This document shows positions 35,875 to 49,310 of a stretch of 64,000 nt of DNA, one piece after another (the first letter of the stretch is position 1; every line of letters starts with the position of its first letter). Both the position numbers and the translations under genes were made by a program. Location of the stretch: assembly GCA_951406725.2 (NCBI GenBank), contig OX597816.1, forward strand, positions 121,520,001 through 121,584,000. Reading direction: 5' to 3'. The notes under the pieces were generated by a model. It saw nothing but the letters and a program-made list of their open reading frames with translations, did no database searches and was not told the origin of the DNA. Source of the stretch: Octopus vulgaris. Its lineage: Eukaryota.

Positions 35875-38820
35875 CATTTCTACCAAAGTCACTAGGACGC
35901 AAATTCACAGGGAAAGGGTAGAATCGAATATATTGATACCAAAACCGGTTGGTTTATTTTATTGACCCCCAGAGGAATGAAAGGTATAGTGAAGCTCGAC
36001 CAGATTCTAAACCAATACATGAAGGATCACAACAGAAACCCACGTTGGTATTTAGTCTGGCACTCTACGGTTTGTGTCACGCCCTTGTTTTATGATATTG
36101 AATACAACTAGTTTGTACTTGTGAGTCATCATAGTAAATATCACTCTTCCTCATTTCTTCTTCCACACTCATGTTTTAGTCTATCCCCCTCCTTGTGCCA
36201 TCAATATCGATGAATGACCATTGTAGCTTCCTTGACAAATGCTCACCACGGGGATTAGTTTAAGGGAGTTCTCAACTATTGATGAAGAAGTTGGTTTGCC
36301 ATCCATTGACTCACGTCATCAATACACTGCTGACAGGATCTCCCACACTGACGCTTACTCAGGATAATACGAAACGTGACAGTTCACTCCACTCGAGACT
36401 GCCGGATGGTTGGCGGTAAATATAGCCAAAATATGTCAGTTTCCGCTTACACTACTTTTTTCCCAGGCTGGGAGGATTGCCTACTTGATCTTGGACATGC
36501 ACGTCCGTCTTGTAGTAGTGTAGTAAAGAAGTTAATTTAGTATCCGGTTCTTAACGCTTCTATTATGACCTGAACCTACAAGTGGGGCCGAGCTTACTAC
36601 TGCGAGTTGATGCTAAATTCGAAAGTTTATAATGCAACTCTTCTTTCGAAAGGACAAAGGGTAAAGTTGACCTGGGCAGGATTTGAACTCAGCGCGCAGA
36701 GAGTCGGGACAAATACCATGAAGCATTAATTCTATCCTCTTATTGTTCATAGAAGGAAAAAGGTTCAAGTCGACCACGGTGGTATTTGATCACAGAATGG
36801 GGCATTATTAAATACAGCAAAAACAGAGCGACGAGCTGGCAGAGTGGTTACCACGCGGGACAAAATGTTTGGTGGCATTTCTTCCGGCTTAGGCTTTGAG
36901 TTCAAATACTGCTGATGTCGACTTTACCTTTTATCTTTTCGAGCGCAATCAAATAAGTAACATTTAGGTACTGAAACCTATATGACCGACTACCCGCTAC
37001 CACAAAATTTCCGGTATTGTACCGATAATAGAAATGATTATTATTAAAAGGACAGCGAGTTGGCAGAATTCCTAGAGCATCGGAAAAAATATTTTGCGAT
37101 ATTTCTTCCGATTCTTTATGGCCCTGAGTTCAAATTCCACCGAGGTCGACTTTGTCTTTCATATTTTCGAGATCGATAAAATAAGTACTAGTTGTGCACT
37201 GGGGTCGTATGTAATCGAATACCTCCTTCCTCTAAATTTCAGGCTTTGTGCTTATATTACAAAGAAAAGTAATATTAAACACTACAATGCATTTTATCCT
37301 ACGTTCTACTGATTCTACCATCGTCTATGATAGCAATTTTTAACATAGCCATGACGCTAGAAAGTTGTGAGAAGTGAACATTCGATTATATCAATCTCAG
37401 TTTTTGACTGGTACTTTATTTTATCAAAAGCAAAGCTGACTCAGAAATCAGAACGTAAAGAGCCGGAACAAATGCCTTGAAATATTTTTCAACGCTAGAT
37501 CTTGGTCACCATTCAATGACTAGATATATTGATTCAAGTATTTGACAAGTAATCTATTTTATCGATTCCCCGGGATTATCAAAAGCAAAGTTGACTCCAC
37601 AGAGTCAGAAAGCAGATCATAAAGGGACGCAGCTAAATACCACGAAAACTAATATCTAGCACTATCGCGATTCTGCCAAAAGTGCTTTAAATCAAAGACG
37701 AGGAAGAGATATAAAGTCGATTAAATCGTCACCAGTATTTAAATGGTCTCTTTAATCGACCATCGGAATGAAGAAATGCAAAAACATATCTAACAGGGTT
37801 TGATCTGAGAACATAAAATGAAAATAATAATAATCATTTCTGCTATAGGCACAAGGTCTGGAATTTGTGGGGTGGGGGATAGTCGAATACATCGACACCA
37901 GTATTTGAGTGGTACTTAATTTATGGATTCTGAATGGATGAAAGGCGAAGTCAACTTCGGCGGAATTTGATCCCCGAACGTAAAAACAGGAGTTTCACCG
38001 GTACTTAATTTATCGACCCCGAAAGGATGAAAGGCAAAGCTGACCTCGGTGGAATTTGAACTCAGAACGTAGCAGCAGACGAAATACCTATTTCTTTACT
38101 ACCCACAACGGGCTAAACACAGATAGGACAAACAAGGACAGACAAACAGATTAAGTCGATTATATCGACCCAGTGAGTAACTGGTACCTAATTTATCGAC
38201 CCCGAAAGGATCAAAGGCAAAGTCGACCTCGGCGGAATTTGAACTTTGAACGTAACGGCAGACGAAATACGGCTACGCATTTCGCCCGGCGTGCTAACGT
38301 TTCTGCTCGCCGTCTTATTGATGATAATGACAATGATGATAATGAAATGCAACTTAGTATCTACAAGTATTTTTTTTATCTACTACTTTACCGAGTCTTC
38401 CACTCCTTGAGCTACTTACCATACGTTACGTATTGATCTCGATGTTGTAGTTTAATCCCGAGTCAGCCTTAAATTAGGGAACTTATGATCAAGGTGTTCC
38501 CACCGTGGTTATTTCGTCTTTTCCAATTTACAGGGTTAGGATCACATTATCCAGAGGTAAGCTGTTATGTAAGAAAGATTTGGCTGCAATTTCTAGCTTG
38601 TCAAATAACCATATGGTGGTGATTTCTAACATAGACTGAAGGCCACATATTCTGGGAATGAATTTAATAGATTATATTGTCACCTGTACGTAACAGGCAC
38701 TCTATTTTATCGACCTCGGAACGACGAAAAGTAAAGGGTACCTCGGTGAGATTTGAACTAAGAACGTAAAATACGAAGTGGTATTTTATTTTACCCACCA
38801 CTCTACCGACTCTGCCAACT
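35875..38820. mobile_element. dense cluster of SINE family B copies in both orientations (about 10 fragments)
   Basis: gaaaggcaaagtcgacctcggcggaatttgaactcagaacgt and its reverse complement recur throughout. Confidence 0.8.
38440..38625 (-). mobile_element. family H element, decayed
   Basis: tttaatcccgagtcagcc...tatgatcaaggtgttcc...gatttggctgcaatttctagcttgtcaaataaccatatggtggt. Confidence 0.6.
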
Positions 38821-38861
38821 CGTTAACTAGGTTGACAGTCGTATTGATTATTTATCGCTTA

Positions 38862-39242
38862 CTAGCAGTATCGCCCGGCGTTGCTCAGGTTTGTAAGGGA
38901 AATAACTATAAAGCATTTTTAGAGTTATAGCCAAAAAATAGCAAAAAGATGGAAAAAAATGATGGTAAATTTTTTTTTTAGTTAAAAAAGGTGGAGTTGC
39001 GTCCCCTAGACAGTTTGCGGTTTGTGTTTCTGATTCTCGACCCCATGTCGAATTTATCGATTTTTTTCAGAACTGGGGGAACTTTTCAAAATTTTCGCTG
39101 CGTTAGTTTTGAATTATGACATTGGGCTATGTGTGTGTCAAGTTTCATCAGAATCGGTTGAAAGCCGTGGTCAGGGTGAGGGTACAAGAAAACAGACACA
39201 CAGAAACACGCACAGGCAAACTGCCGTTTATATAGAGAGAGA
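38862..39242 (-). mobile_element. non-autonomous Helitron (family 1), complete
   Basis: Reverse complement of 2483-2854, with A|TC ... CTAG|T junctions. Confidence 0.85.
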
Positions 39243-39545
39243 TAATTAATGGCAGTAATATTTGTAGAGTCGTCTGCCGCTGTTTGTGCCGGCAATCTGT
39301 GCGCCAAGTTTTAAGTCCTAAATCAAACCAAGATGAACTTTGCCTTCAGGCACCTCAGGGACAATAAGGTACCAGTCAAATACTGGAGTAGGATCTTTTC
39401 TTTTAATCGGTTAAGCTTCGCTTTTAGAAGGGCCATAAAAAGTTACTACTCGTAGTATCCCTTTATTCAGAAACGAAGGAAGCTAACCACCCCTTCGAAG
39501 GACATATCAGTACGAAATACAGCACAGAAATAAAATAGTTAGTAT

Positions 39546-39968
39546 GGCGGCGAGCTGGCAGAATCATTAGCACGCCGGGCGAAATGCGTAGCCGTATTTC
39601 ATCTGCCGTTACGTTCTGAGTTCAAATTCCGCCGAGGTCGACTTTGCCTTTCATCCTTTCGGGGTCGATAAATTAAGTACCAGTTACGCACTGGGGTAGA
39701 TATAATCGACTTAATCCATTTGTCTGTCCTTGTTTGTCCCCTCTGTGTTTAGCCCCTTGTGTGTTGTAAAGAAATAGAAAAAGGTATTTCGTCTGCCGCT
39801 ACGTTCTGAGTTCAAATTCCGCCGAGGTCGTCTTTCCCTTTCATCCTTTCGGGATCGATAAATTAAGTACCAGTTACGCACTGGGGTCGATATAATCGAT
39901 TTAATCCGTTTGTCTGTCTTTGTTTGTCCCCTCTATGTTTAGCCCCTTGTGGGCAATAAAGAAATAAG
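39546..39968 (+). mobile_element. SINE family B, young subfamily with tandem ~185-bp unit and Tx1-like tail
   Basis: Head, then the unit gtatttc.tctgccg...tttagccccttgtg...aaagaaata twice. Confidence 0.85.
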
Positions 39969-40703
39969 AAATAAAAGAGTTAAGCAGTCTTAATGAATGA
40001 CCTCAGCTGTTATTTAACCACGGGCCGGTACTCCTCCCGCCTTCCGTTGAAACTTGTGCATTTAATATGTAATTGATTTAATCAACATGTGTATCAGTTG
40101 TTAGTGATTCTTTCTGAAAAGACTCTCTTAATCAGTCATTGTAATTATTTCGTATGTGCTTGTGTCAGTGTAGGTGTACGAACACTCATGTAAGTATGCG
40201 TTTGTTTCGCATGTATGTGGATACGTGTGTGCGTGTGTGAGTGAGTGTGTGTGTGACCACGTAAGAGTTTTATAATTGAAAGTGACTATAGACATAAGTG
40301 TGAGTTCCCCCTCTCTCTCCCTCTTCCCCCCCTCTCTCTCTCTGTCTGTCTGTCTGTCTCTCTCTCTCTATCTATTTCTACGTATTGTTTCTTAAACTGG
40401 CAATCCTTCGTTTATTTTGTTTGGTTTAAAAACTTGTTTATTGACAGACTACGTAGATCCGTTTCCGGTCTCTCCCATTTCACTTTTTCCTTTCTGTTCC
40501 AGACGTATTTGTTATCTTAAGGTTACAAGGCGAGCGTCGTCGAGTAAAGTTCCTGACGAATCAACTCTGCAACCAGGTTTCAATTCTACATTGTCACCAC
40601 TTCAATATCATTGTTGTGTAGTCTCGCTTTAGTCCAAAGTGACCCAGATGCATGATCAAAAACATTCTGACCTCAGCCAGTTCGTTTTTTTATTAAAAAC
40701 TCT

Positions 40704-41239
40704 GTATGTATGTATGTATGTATGTATGTATGTATGTATGTATGTATGTATGTATGTATGTATGTTTGTGCATGTATGTGTGTATGTATGTGGGTATGCA
40801 TGCATGTATGTATGTGTGTGTATGTATGTATATATGTATGTATGCATCCTTATATGTAAGTATGCACTCTTATATGTCCAAAGTGACCCAGATGCAAGGT
40901 CAAAGACTTTCTGACATCAGCCAATTTGTTTTTTATCAATGTATGTATGTATGTATGTATGTATGTATGTACGCGTGTATGCATGTACGTGTGTATGTGT
41001 GTGCATTTATGTATGTGTGTATGTATGTATGTGTGTATGTATGTATGTATGTATGTATGTATGTATGTATGTATGTATGTATGTATGTATGTATGTATGT
41101 ATGTATGTGTATGTATGTACGCGTGTATGTATGTACGCGTGTATGTGTGTGCATGTATGTATGTATGTATGCATGTATGTATGTATATATGTATGCATCT
41201 ATGTATGTATATATGTATGCATGTATGTATGTATGTGTG

Positions 41240-41271
<32 letters not shown>

Positions 41272-41281
41272 TGTATGTATG
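40704..41281. repeat. (ATGT)n microsatellite blocks
   Basis: Directly visible. Confidence 0.95.
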
Positions 41282-41329
41282 TTCTTCTCTTCCTCTTTCT
41301 AATATTAGAGTAAATTTTGACCGGCCACC

Positions 41330-41543
41330 TTCATAGTAGCAAGGTTGTGAAGGAAAGCATCTTGTTTTAACCATCAAAGCTTAAATCTTAAGAAGGTTGT
41401 AAAGATTGTCCCTGATATCGTGATCATTTGTAGCATATAAATTAAGGATTTGCGTTCTCTCCTCAAGATCCCAAGTTCAGCCATACTTTGTTCCAGACGG
41501 CTTGGTATGCATCCTGTTCCTCCAATAATAATAGGTATTGTGT
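41330..41543 (-). mobile_element. extreme 3' end of an RLE-type (R4/Dong-like) LINE
   Basis: IPIIIGGTGCIP..LEQSMAELG...LQMITISGT..TFLRFKL* resembles R4/Dong C-termini. Confidence 0.6.
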
Positions 41544-41638
41544 ACATGTGTCTGTAAGTTAGTAAGTATGTATGTATGTATGTATGTATGTATGTATGTA
41601 TGTATGTATGTATGTATGTATGTATGTATGTATGTATG

Positions 41639-41670
<32 letters not shown>

Positions 41671-41989
41671 GTCAACTAGAATGAGGGCCTCCTGGTCTTT
41701 GTCAAGATATCCCTCTAGGAGAAGGTTAGCTCGTATGTAAAACCTGCTGCTCCACCGAGCCAGATATCTTGTACTTTTGCTTATCTCTAGGCTTCTTGGT
41801 GTTGCAAGTGTGAGTGGTGGATTTTGTATAAGCCGCACTCGATTTAAAAACCCTTACACGAGCAGCAATAGGCATGCTTGACTAACGAGTAGATAGCTAT
41901 CATGTATGTATATATGCATATAGGTGTGTATGTATGTATGTATGTATGTATGTATGTATGTATGTATGTTGTATACTCTCTCTCTCTCT

Positions 41990-42387
41990 TTTACATGTTT
42001 CAGTCATTTGACTGCGGCCATGCTGGAGCACCGCCTTTAGTCGAGCAACTCGACCCCAGGATTTATTCTTTGTAAGCCCAGTACTTATTCTATCGGTCTC
42101 TTTTGCCGAACCGCTAAGTGACGGGGACGTAAACACACCAGCATCGATTGTCAAGCAATGCTAGGGGTACAAACACAGACACACAAACACATACACATAC
42201 ATATACATATATATACATATATACGACAGGCTTCTTTCAGTTTCCGTCTACCAAATCCACTCACAAGGCATTGGTCGGCCCGGGGCTATAGCAGAAGACA
42301 CTTGCCCAAGATGCCACGCAGTGGGACTGAACCTGGAACCAAGCGGTTGGTAGGCAAGCTACTTACCACACAGCCGCTCCTGCGCCA
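41990..42387 (-). mobile_element. SINE family A, complete
   Basis: Both modules are present with low divergence. Confidence 0.88.
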
Positions 42388-42476
42388 TGTGTGTGTGTAT
42401 GTATGCATATATGAATGTGTGTGTCTGTGCATGTTTGTGTGTGTTTGTGCGTGTGTGTGTATATATGTGTGTGTGT

Positions 42477-42560
<84 letters not shown>

Positions 42561-43310
42561 CAAGGATTACTTTGTCTACTGCAACCTTCTTCATTTAAGA
42601 GTGTGCAATGTGATTTGAGAAAGAATTCGTTGCTGTTTTCTTTATTCGTACTAGTTTTATTGTTATCGGAAATGCATTGTTGTATTGTGTCACCTTAGGT
42701 TAGCTTTTATCAAAGACATTCTAGCCATGATCACCCCATCTGGTCTTTCAGACACAGTACATCTAGGGCTAAATTATCCAGAGTATCCTTTATTTATTGA
42801 AACGGTTTGGTTGGCTAGGAGAGAATTTGGGTTCTATTTTATCTTTTTTCATAGTTCTTTTATTGATTCGATGTGGAGAAAAGACTCGTGCCCTTTACAT
42901 CTGCAGGCTTTCTGAGCAATGCAGTCTCAAGGTATGGGTGACCGAGGGTTCAATTATCTACGGTACCAACGCTAATCTATGTATACTGTGGCTTTCTATC
43001 AGTTATTAAATACTATGAGCTACAGTGCATATCTTCGCAGGGTTTTTAATGATGTGCTTATAAAGATGTGAAGACGGCCCTGCTCAAGCATCTATAACAG
43101 TATTGGGCAACCTTTATCGAGAAGTTGGCCACATAAGACATGTCGCATATTCAGGCAGGCCGCTCTACTAAAAAAAGATTAGTTTTTCGTTTGGTGTGCC
43201 ATTCAAAACATCTCACTGACCGCAGTTTTTCCATGACTGATATATAATGATGTTAAAACGGCCCTGCTTCTAAAACCTCTGACATTGATACAATTAACGT
43301 TCCTCTAGCA

Positions 43311-43593
43311 CAGCGGTTCTCAACCGGGGTTCATATGGCTCTTGGGGGTCATATAGCCTTTAGGGGTCAATATGGCCCTTAAGGGGTTCATATAAGATTT
43401 TGCTGTTAAAATTTATATGCAATAAATTGGTTATATTTCTACAATACACAAAAATATTTAAACATTATTTATACAATTCTTAATTGAAATGTGATAGGAG
43501 TTCTTAGACGTATAATGGCTATGAGGTCCCACTCGCTGAGTAAAATAGGAATCAAAAGAGCCCATAGGCAAAAGAAATGGTTGAGAATCACTG
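43311..43593. mobile_element. hAT (Charlie-like) MITE
   Basis: TIRs CAGcGGTTCTCAACC / GGTTGAGAAtCACTG. TSD ctctagca/ctcaagaa. The interior matches 9457-9641. Confidence 0.8.
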
Positions 43594-44143
43594 CTCAAGA
43601 AGGCACGGCTACTCTTTGGAGCAGTGCTTTCTAACCAGGATGTCTCAGCACCCTTGGATGTCCCAAGCAGTAATTAGAGATGTCAAGAAGTTTTAAATTT
43701 ACATAATACAATTGACAAAAAAAAAAAAATATAGAAAAAAAAATGTACGTATTTCAGAAAGGGAAAAGTGAAGAGAGTAAGCAAACAGACTTAGCACGTG
43801 GCAGATTTTCCTCTCGAGTTTATGTTTTCTCTGCTGAAGCAAAATAAGGGTATCACGTGCCTTAAGCACAGGGAGATAGGGTGGCAGGTTCACAGAGACG
43901 TAGGAAACGACCTAGGTTAGGTTTCAATGTTATTCTTAAGACAAGTATAATCACATGTACTCCTTCACTATGAATCCGAAAATTGAATCTAAACTAGAAG
44001 TCTAACCAACGATACAAAGGAATAAATTTTAGACGGTTCGTACCAAAGGGTATTCTTTTACATAATGAATGTGGATACGCTCACACGTGCACCGATATAG
44101 GAACACACATATATTGTTTGAACCTGTGTGTTAACATAAACGA

Positions 44144-44181
<38 letters not shown>

Positions 44182-44215
44182 GTGCATGCATGATGCATGT
44201 ATGTATGTGTGTATG

Positions 44216-44249
<34 letters not shown>

Positions 44250-44330
44250 TGTATGTATGTATGTATGTACATGCATATACACACAAATATATATACACAT
44301 TTATATGTATGACTGCTGTGTATATACATA

Positions 44331-44470
44331 GGCGCTGGAGTGATTGTGCGGTAAGAAGCTTGCTTCCAAACCACATAGTTTCAAGTTCAGTCCCACTGGC
44401 AGGTACCTTGGGCAAGTGTTTTCTACTATAGCCTCGGGCCGACCAAAGCCTTGTGAGTGGATTTGGCATA
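44331..44470 (+). mobile_element. SINE family A, 5' half
   Basis: Head homology. Confidence 0.78.
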
Positions 44471-44491
44471 TGATAGGTTTCTTTCAGTTAG

Positions 44492-44680
<189 letters not shown>

Positions 44681-44693
44681 CGTGATAAAAATA

Positions 44694-45646
44694 AAACTAC
44701 TGCGGGAAGAAACAAACTGAGGACCGGTGGAGCCAGAAGCCTCTGCAAGGACAGTATATACCTCGTAACCGAAATGCTGATGTAAACCAAGCCACAACCC
44801 ATCAGTGGCTGAGAAACTCAGGACTGAAAGCAGAAACTGAAGGCTTCATATCAGCGGCACAAGACCAAAGCTTGCTGACCCAAAGCTACCCGGCTAACAT
44901 TCTTCAAAACGGTTCTGACCCTAAATGCAGATTCTGCGATACATGTGACGAAACAATAGACCATCTCGTCTCGAGATGTCCTGTGCTGACACTAAACGAA
45001 TGCAAGAATCGTTACGATAGGGTAGGACAGTATTTACATTGGAAAATATGTAAACACTACAAAATCAACTCTCCTGCTTACTGGTGTGAACATCATCCTG
45101 AGCCACTCGTTGAAGGTAAAAATATCACTATCCTCTGAGATTTTCCAGTCAATACCGACATAATGATCCAGGCTAATGGACCAGAAGCGTCATTAAAGAC
45201 TGGGAAGAAAATACTTGGAGACTAATAGATAAAAGTGTTCCACACTGATAAAAATATATCTGTAAAGGAATTTGACAAATTAAGTAAACATAAGGACCTG
45301 GAAATTGAAATAGAAAAGATGTGGCATCTTAAAGCGAGAACTGTTCCTGTTATTGCAACAGGTATAATAATAAAAAAAGGATGTTAGAAACATCTAGATA
45401 AGATCCAGGTGAACTATGTCTCAGAAAAATCCAAAAGATTGTGCTGACAAGTACTGCCCACATCCTTAGAAAAAAAACCTTATCAATTTAAATATCTGTA
45501 TTGTATTACATGAAGATATTTCGATACTGCTCCTGTCACTTACCATCCCCAAACTTTCAGTCATACTGTAACATTTCTTATCCTTCACTCGCCCTAGGAC
45601 GCAGAGTGTGTCTCGACAAGTGACTGTAACAAAGATGCAGATTAAA

Positions 45647-45690
<44 letters not shown>
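44694..45690 (+). pseudogene. R4/Dong-clade LINE 3' end: CCHC knuckle, restriction-like endonuclease, 3'UTR, (TAA)n tail
   Basis: LKAETEGFISAAQDQSL, KCRFCDTCDETIDHLVSRCPVL, DKLSKHKDLEIEIEKMWHL and TAHILR. Ends in (TAA)n, the repeat type that Dong elements are known to target. Confidence 0.9.
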
Positions 45691-45718
<28 letters not shown>

Positions 45719-45955
45719 AAGAACAACAACAACAACAACAACAACAACAATAATAACAAGAAGAAGAACAAGAAGAACAAGAACAAAAACAAGAACAACA
45801 ACAACAAGAACAACAACAACAACAAGAAGGGGGAGAAGAAGAAGAACAACAACAAGAAGAACAAGAACAAGAAGAAGGAGGAGGAGGAGGAGAAGAAGAA
45901 GAAGAAGAAGAAGAAGAAGAAGAAGAACAACAACAACAACAACAGCAACAACAAG
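45648..45955. repeat. (TAA)n-(GAA)n-(CAA)n compound trinucleotide tract
   Basis: Directly visible. Confidence 0.95.
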
Positions 45956-45959
45956 AATG

Positions 45960-46171
45960 GCTTCAAATTTTGTCACAAAGGCAGCCATGCTGGGGGAGGG
46001 GTTGAATCGATTACATCGACCCCCACTGTTACACTGGGACTTAATTTATCGACCCCGAAAAAAATGAAAGGCAAAGTGACCTCGGCGCAATTTGAACTCA
46101 GAACGTAGTGATGGGTGAAATACCGCTAAGCATTTCGTCCAGCGCGCTAACAATTCTGCCAGCTCGCCACC

Positions 46172-46172
<1 letters not shown>
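45960..46172 (-). mobile_element. SINE family B
   Basis: Complete reverse copy adjoining (TAA)n. Confidence 0.8.
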
Positions 46173-46238
<66 letters not shown>

Positions 46239-46244
46239 ACATGT

Positions 46245-47095
46245 TTTCTTAATTAATTACTAAAGGGTTCACAAAAAAAACCCAGATCGAAGATGGTAAA
46301 GGTCGATATAATGTGGAGTTACATAAAAGTGCGTAAACAGTAACATAACAGAAATGAAGAAGCAAAAAATTCAAACAAGAAATAATTCCCAAAAAGGGAG
46401 CGAAGTGTGACTTCCGAGGGCTACTCAACCCCACAAAGCCAATAAAATAGCATGATTACTAAGACAAGTGTGCTTTCCTTATCTTTCTCCCCCAGTCTTT
46501 AGACGCATTCTTAGAGCAAGTCCGTCCACTCGGACAATCCTTGCCACTATCATCCACTTCCCAATACAGTTGTTTCAAGGCAACACTTCCTTCTCCATCC
46601 TCACTTTCCTTTTCAAGAGAAACTTGAAAAAGTTAATGAGGGCTTGGCCATAGAGTAAGGTAATGGTTTTTCAGCCCTTTAGATTTTGTCCAACACATAA
46701 ACTCTTTCTTAAGGTCACCTGACAGAGAAACACTGCTTGTCTCTTCTAGCTAAGGAAGGCGATCGATCTTCACAATGAATTCAACTGATAGCCAGATCCA
46801 TCCCATGCGTGATAACAGGTGTTTATCATAAGTCCACAAGTCATCAATATTTGGACACTAGTCACTGTCGAACAGTTTCGTCGCTCTGCGCGTAGTAGGA
46901 GCAAGCCTAGCTGACGGTACATCCGTGCCTGTAGAATTTATTTCAAATAAGCGATGTCCCTTGGTAGCACTTCTATTCCAGGGACTTTGTAAAATTTTTT
47001 ATGAGCCCAGAGCCAAAAGTATTCTAGAACAATCGATCAGTTGATTTTCGTTGATGCCCAGAGTCTCTTTGACAATGTTGCTCTTGCTTTTTACT
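46245..47095 (-). mobile_element. Tx1/L1-clade LINE 3' fragment, older copy
   Basis: Shares gaacagtttcgtcgctctg and flanking similarity with 16900-17500. Confidence 0.7.
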
Positions 47096-47171
47096 AACAA
47101 AATTGTTGGGACTCATCTTGGTACCTATAACCTATCCAGTAAGTGTTTAAACGAAGCCAGCCTAGAAAGTT

Positions 47172-47380
47172 TGTTGTTGTTGTTAGGTCTCAGATCAGCC
47201 CTGATCGAGAAAAAGAAAGATTAAAAGCATTCCAGCCTTGACCATCCTGGTTGTTAAGGGTATGTAAGACAATATTATCTATAGCGTCTTTTCCCTGTTT
47301 AAGATAGCAAGATGAGATTTGAATGAGGTTTGGTTGTTATTTCTAGCGAGTCAAGTAACCATGTAGATGCTTCTCATTGC
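47172..47380 (-). mobile_element. family H element, near full-length
   Basis: (GTT)n-aggtctcagatcagccctgatcgag...gcattccagccttgaccatcc...tttggttgttatttctagcgagtcaagtaaccatgtagatgcttctca. Confidence 0.65.
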
Positions 47381-48074
47381 CACATACAACAAAAAATTGT
47401 TTCTCTTAAAGACCGTGAGCTTAGAGAATTGGCGCCCATTTAGCTTAAGGAGTCATCAGTCATCTTCTCCCCCACCTCCGAAACTATAGCAACAGGCTTA
47501 AAAATCATCTAATTCAGAATTTCGAAATCATGTTGGCATTATAAATACAACTGATTTAGAAGCTGTCATTATATGCTCGACCGTATCTGTCTTTTACATT
47601 TAAGATATGAACTGAAGTTTGTAAAAATTAAAATACTCAATAAAATATCTTTCATTTCTCTCTCTCTATTCTCTCTCTCTCCCTCCTCTCTCCCCCCCTC
47701 TCTCTCTTCCATATACGTGCATATATACATACGTACATACATACATACATACATACATACATACATACATACATACATACATACATACATACATACCAGC
47801 AAATTACCCCGGCCAAGAATGTGCAAGACTGTTTTTGTATATGTTGAATTGGTCATATCTGTGCGGAGATTAGGCGAGTTGAAATCGAGACCGATGCGAG
47901 TCATTAGGTACCTCTCGTATCCGAAGCAAAATCAGAATGCTCTTTCTTTGTAAATATGTCAATTCAACCGTAAAATTATATAATTTTAATTTGATGATTT
48001 TATATCTTCTTCTCGTTTAGAGTTATTTTCAGTTATTCTTAGGTATTTAGTTGGGGTTTTTTTTTTGTTAAGAG

Positions 48075-48510
48075 GGAGTCAAGCAAGGCCAACAAGAACA
48101 GTGGACAAAGTAGGAGAGTGCTCTCGAAAAGTGTCTAAGATGGCGGATGACTGGGTGTACACAGTAGACCTTCCATGATGGGAAAGACACATAGACATTA
48201 TCAAATGTTTTATGAGACCGGATATTGTACACTATTCATTTTCATCAAAACAAGTGATTCTGGTTGAACTCACCTTGTCATATATCAATCAGATTGGAGG
48301 AATCCCACATCTACAAGACTGAAAAATATGTTTAATAATCAAATTCAGAAAATCTGGCTTCCAAACTAAAGAGGTCAAAGCGAGGATGATTATCGGCAGA
48401 TCTGCCTACGATCTCATGAAACGGCTCTCAGTTTCTGGGTTAAAGAGAGAGTTCTTAAAGTAACAGCAAGAGCAGCTGAGTGGAGTTTCAATAGGATTAA
48501 ATGTGAATTT
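48075..48510 (+). mobile_element. decayed HERO/NeSL-like LINE endonuclease fragment
   Basis: QGQQEQWTK, DW...VDLP, RPDIVHYS..SKQVILVELT and LEESHIYKTEKY form a PD-(D/E)xK RLE signature. Confidence 0.65.
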
Positions 48511-48776
48511 CAGAAGGCATAATGTACACTACGTTCACTTGGCGACATGGAACGAAGTGGTTACGGCATCCAAAGTGTCTTGCATTTGGTGCACCTTGGC
48601 CAATCAGGAAGCTGCAGGTTGCCAATCAAAGCTGTAGCATAGGATGTGGTTGCAGAGACAGTCATGAACTGGATGCAACTAACACTACTATTAGCATGTA
48701 AGGAGTTAAGAGCCGAAACACTTAAATGTAGTGGGATTCTTCTATGAAGAGCTACTAGTCTCCCTAGAGATTTTTA

Positions 48777-48882
<106 letters not shown>

Positions 48883-48889
48883 ATATATG

Positions 48890-49310
48890 AGACCTCTTTA
48901 AAACACTGAATCTATTCTCTACAGCGGTGCCATGAACCCTACATCATTTGCACAATGTGGAGAATATACTACCAGCATTGTCTAAACTACTTAACCATTA
49001 GAAATTCATAATTTATCCAAGGCTGAGACCATGTGTCATACGCACCCTACACAGTTCAAGCTTACAACACATAAATGCACTGCAACATAATTTGTTTCCC
49101 TCAACAGGCTCTGTTTTATTTAAGATTATCGAAAAGCAAATCAAAGTAGAAAACAGCTTCCATCAGCTTCAAATGAAACCTCGACAAATTTCTTCAAGGG
49201 ACACCAGATAAGGCACCTATACCTAAAGACATCTCAGCCAACAACAATTCCCTACTTGAATGGGCTATGATGCCACAAAGCTTGACTTAAAATGACTTCA
49301 AAGACCCTAT
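48890..49310 (+). mobile_element. CR1-type LINE 3' fragment
   Basis: Homologous to 21450-21840 (catcatttgcacaatgtggagaatatac vs catcatttgtacgatgtggagagtatac). Confidence 0.75.

Noticed and set aside
35624-35908. 94-aa minus-strand ORF with an internal G|GTAAGA donor-like site
   Set aside because: There is no recognisable domain or convincing acceptor, and the ORF starts within a SINE fragment.
45466-46108. Poly-N/K or poly-L/F ORFs
   Set aside because: They arise from the (TAA)(GAA)(CAA) tract at a LINE tail.
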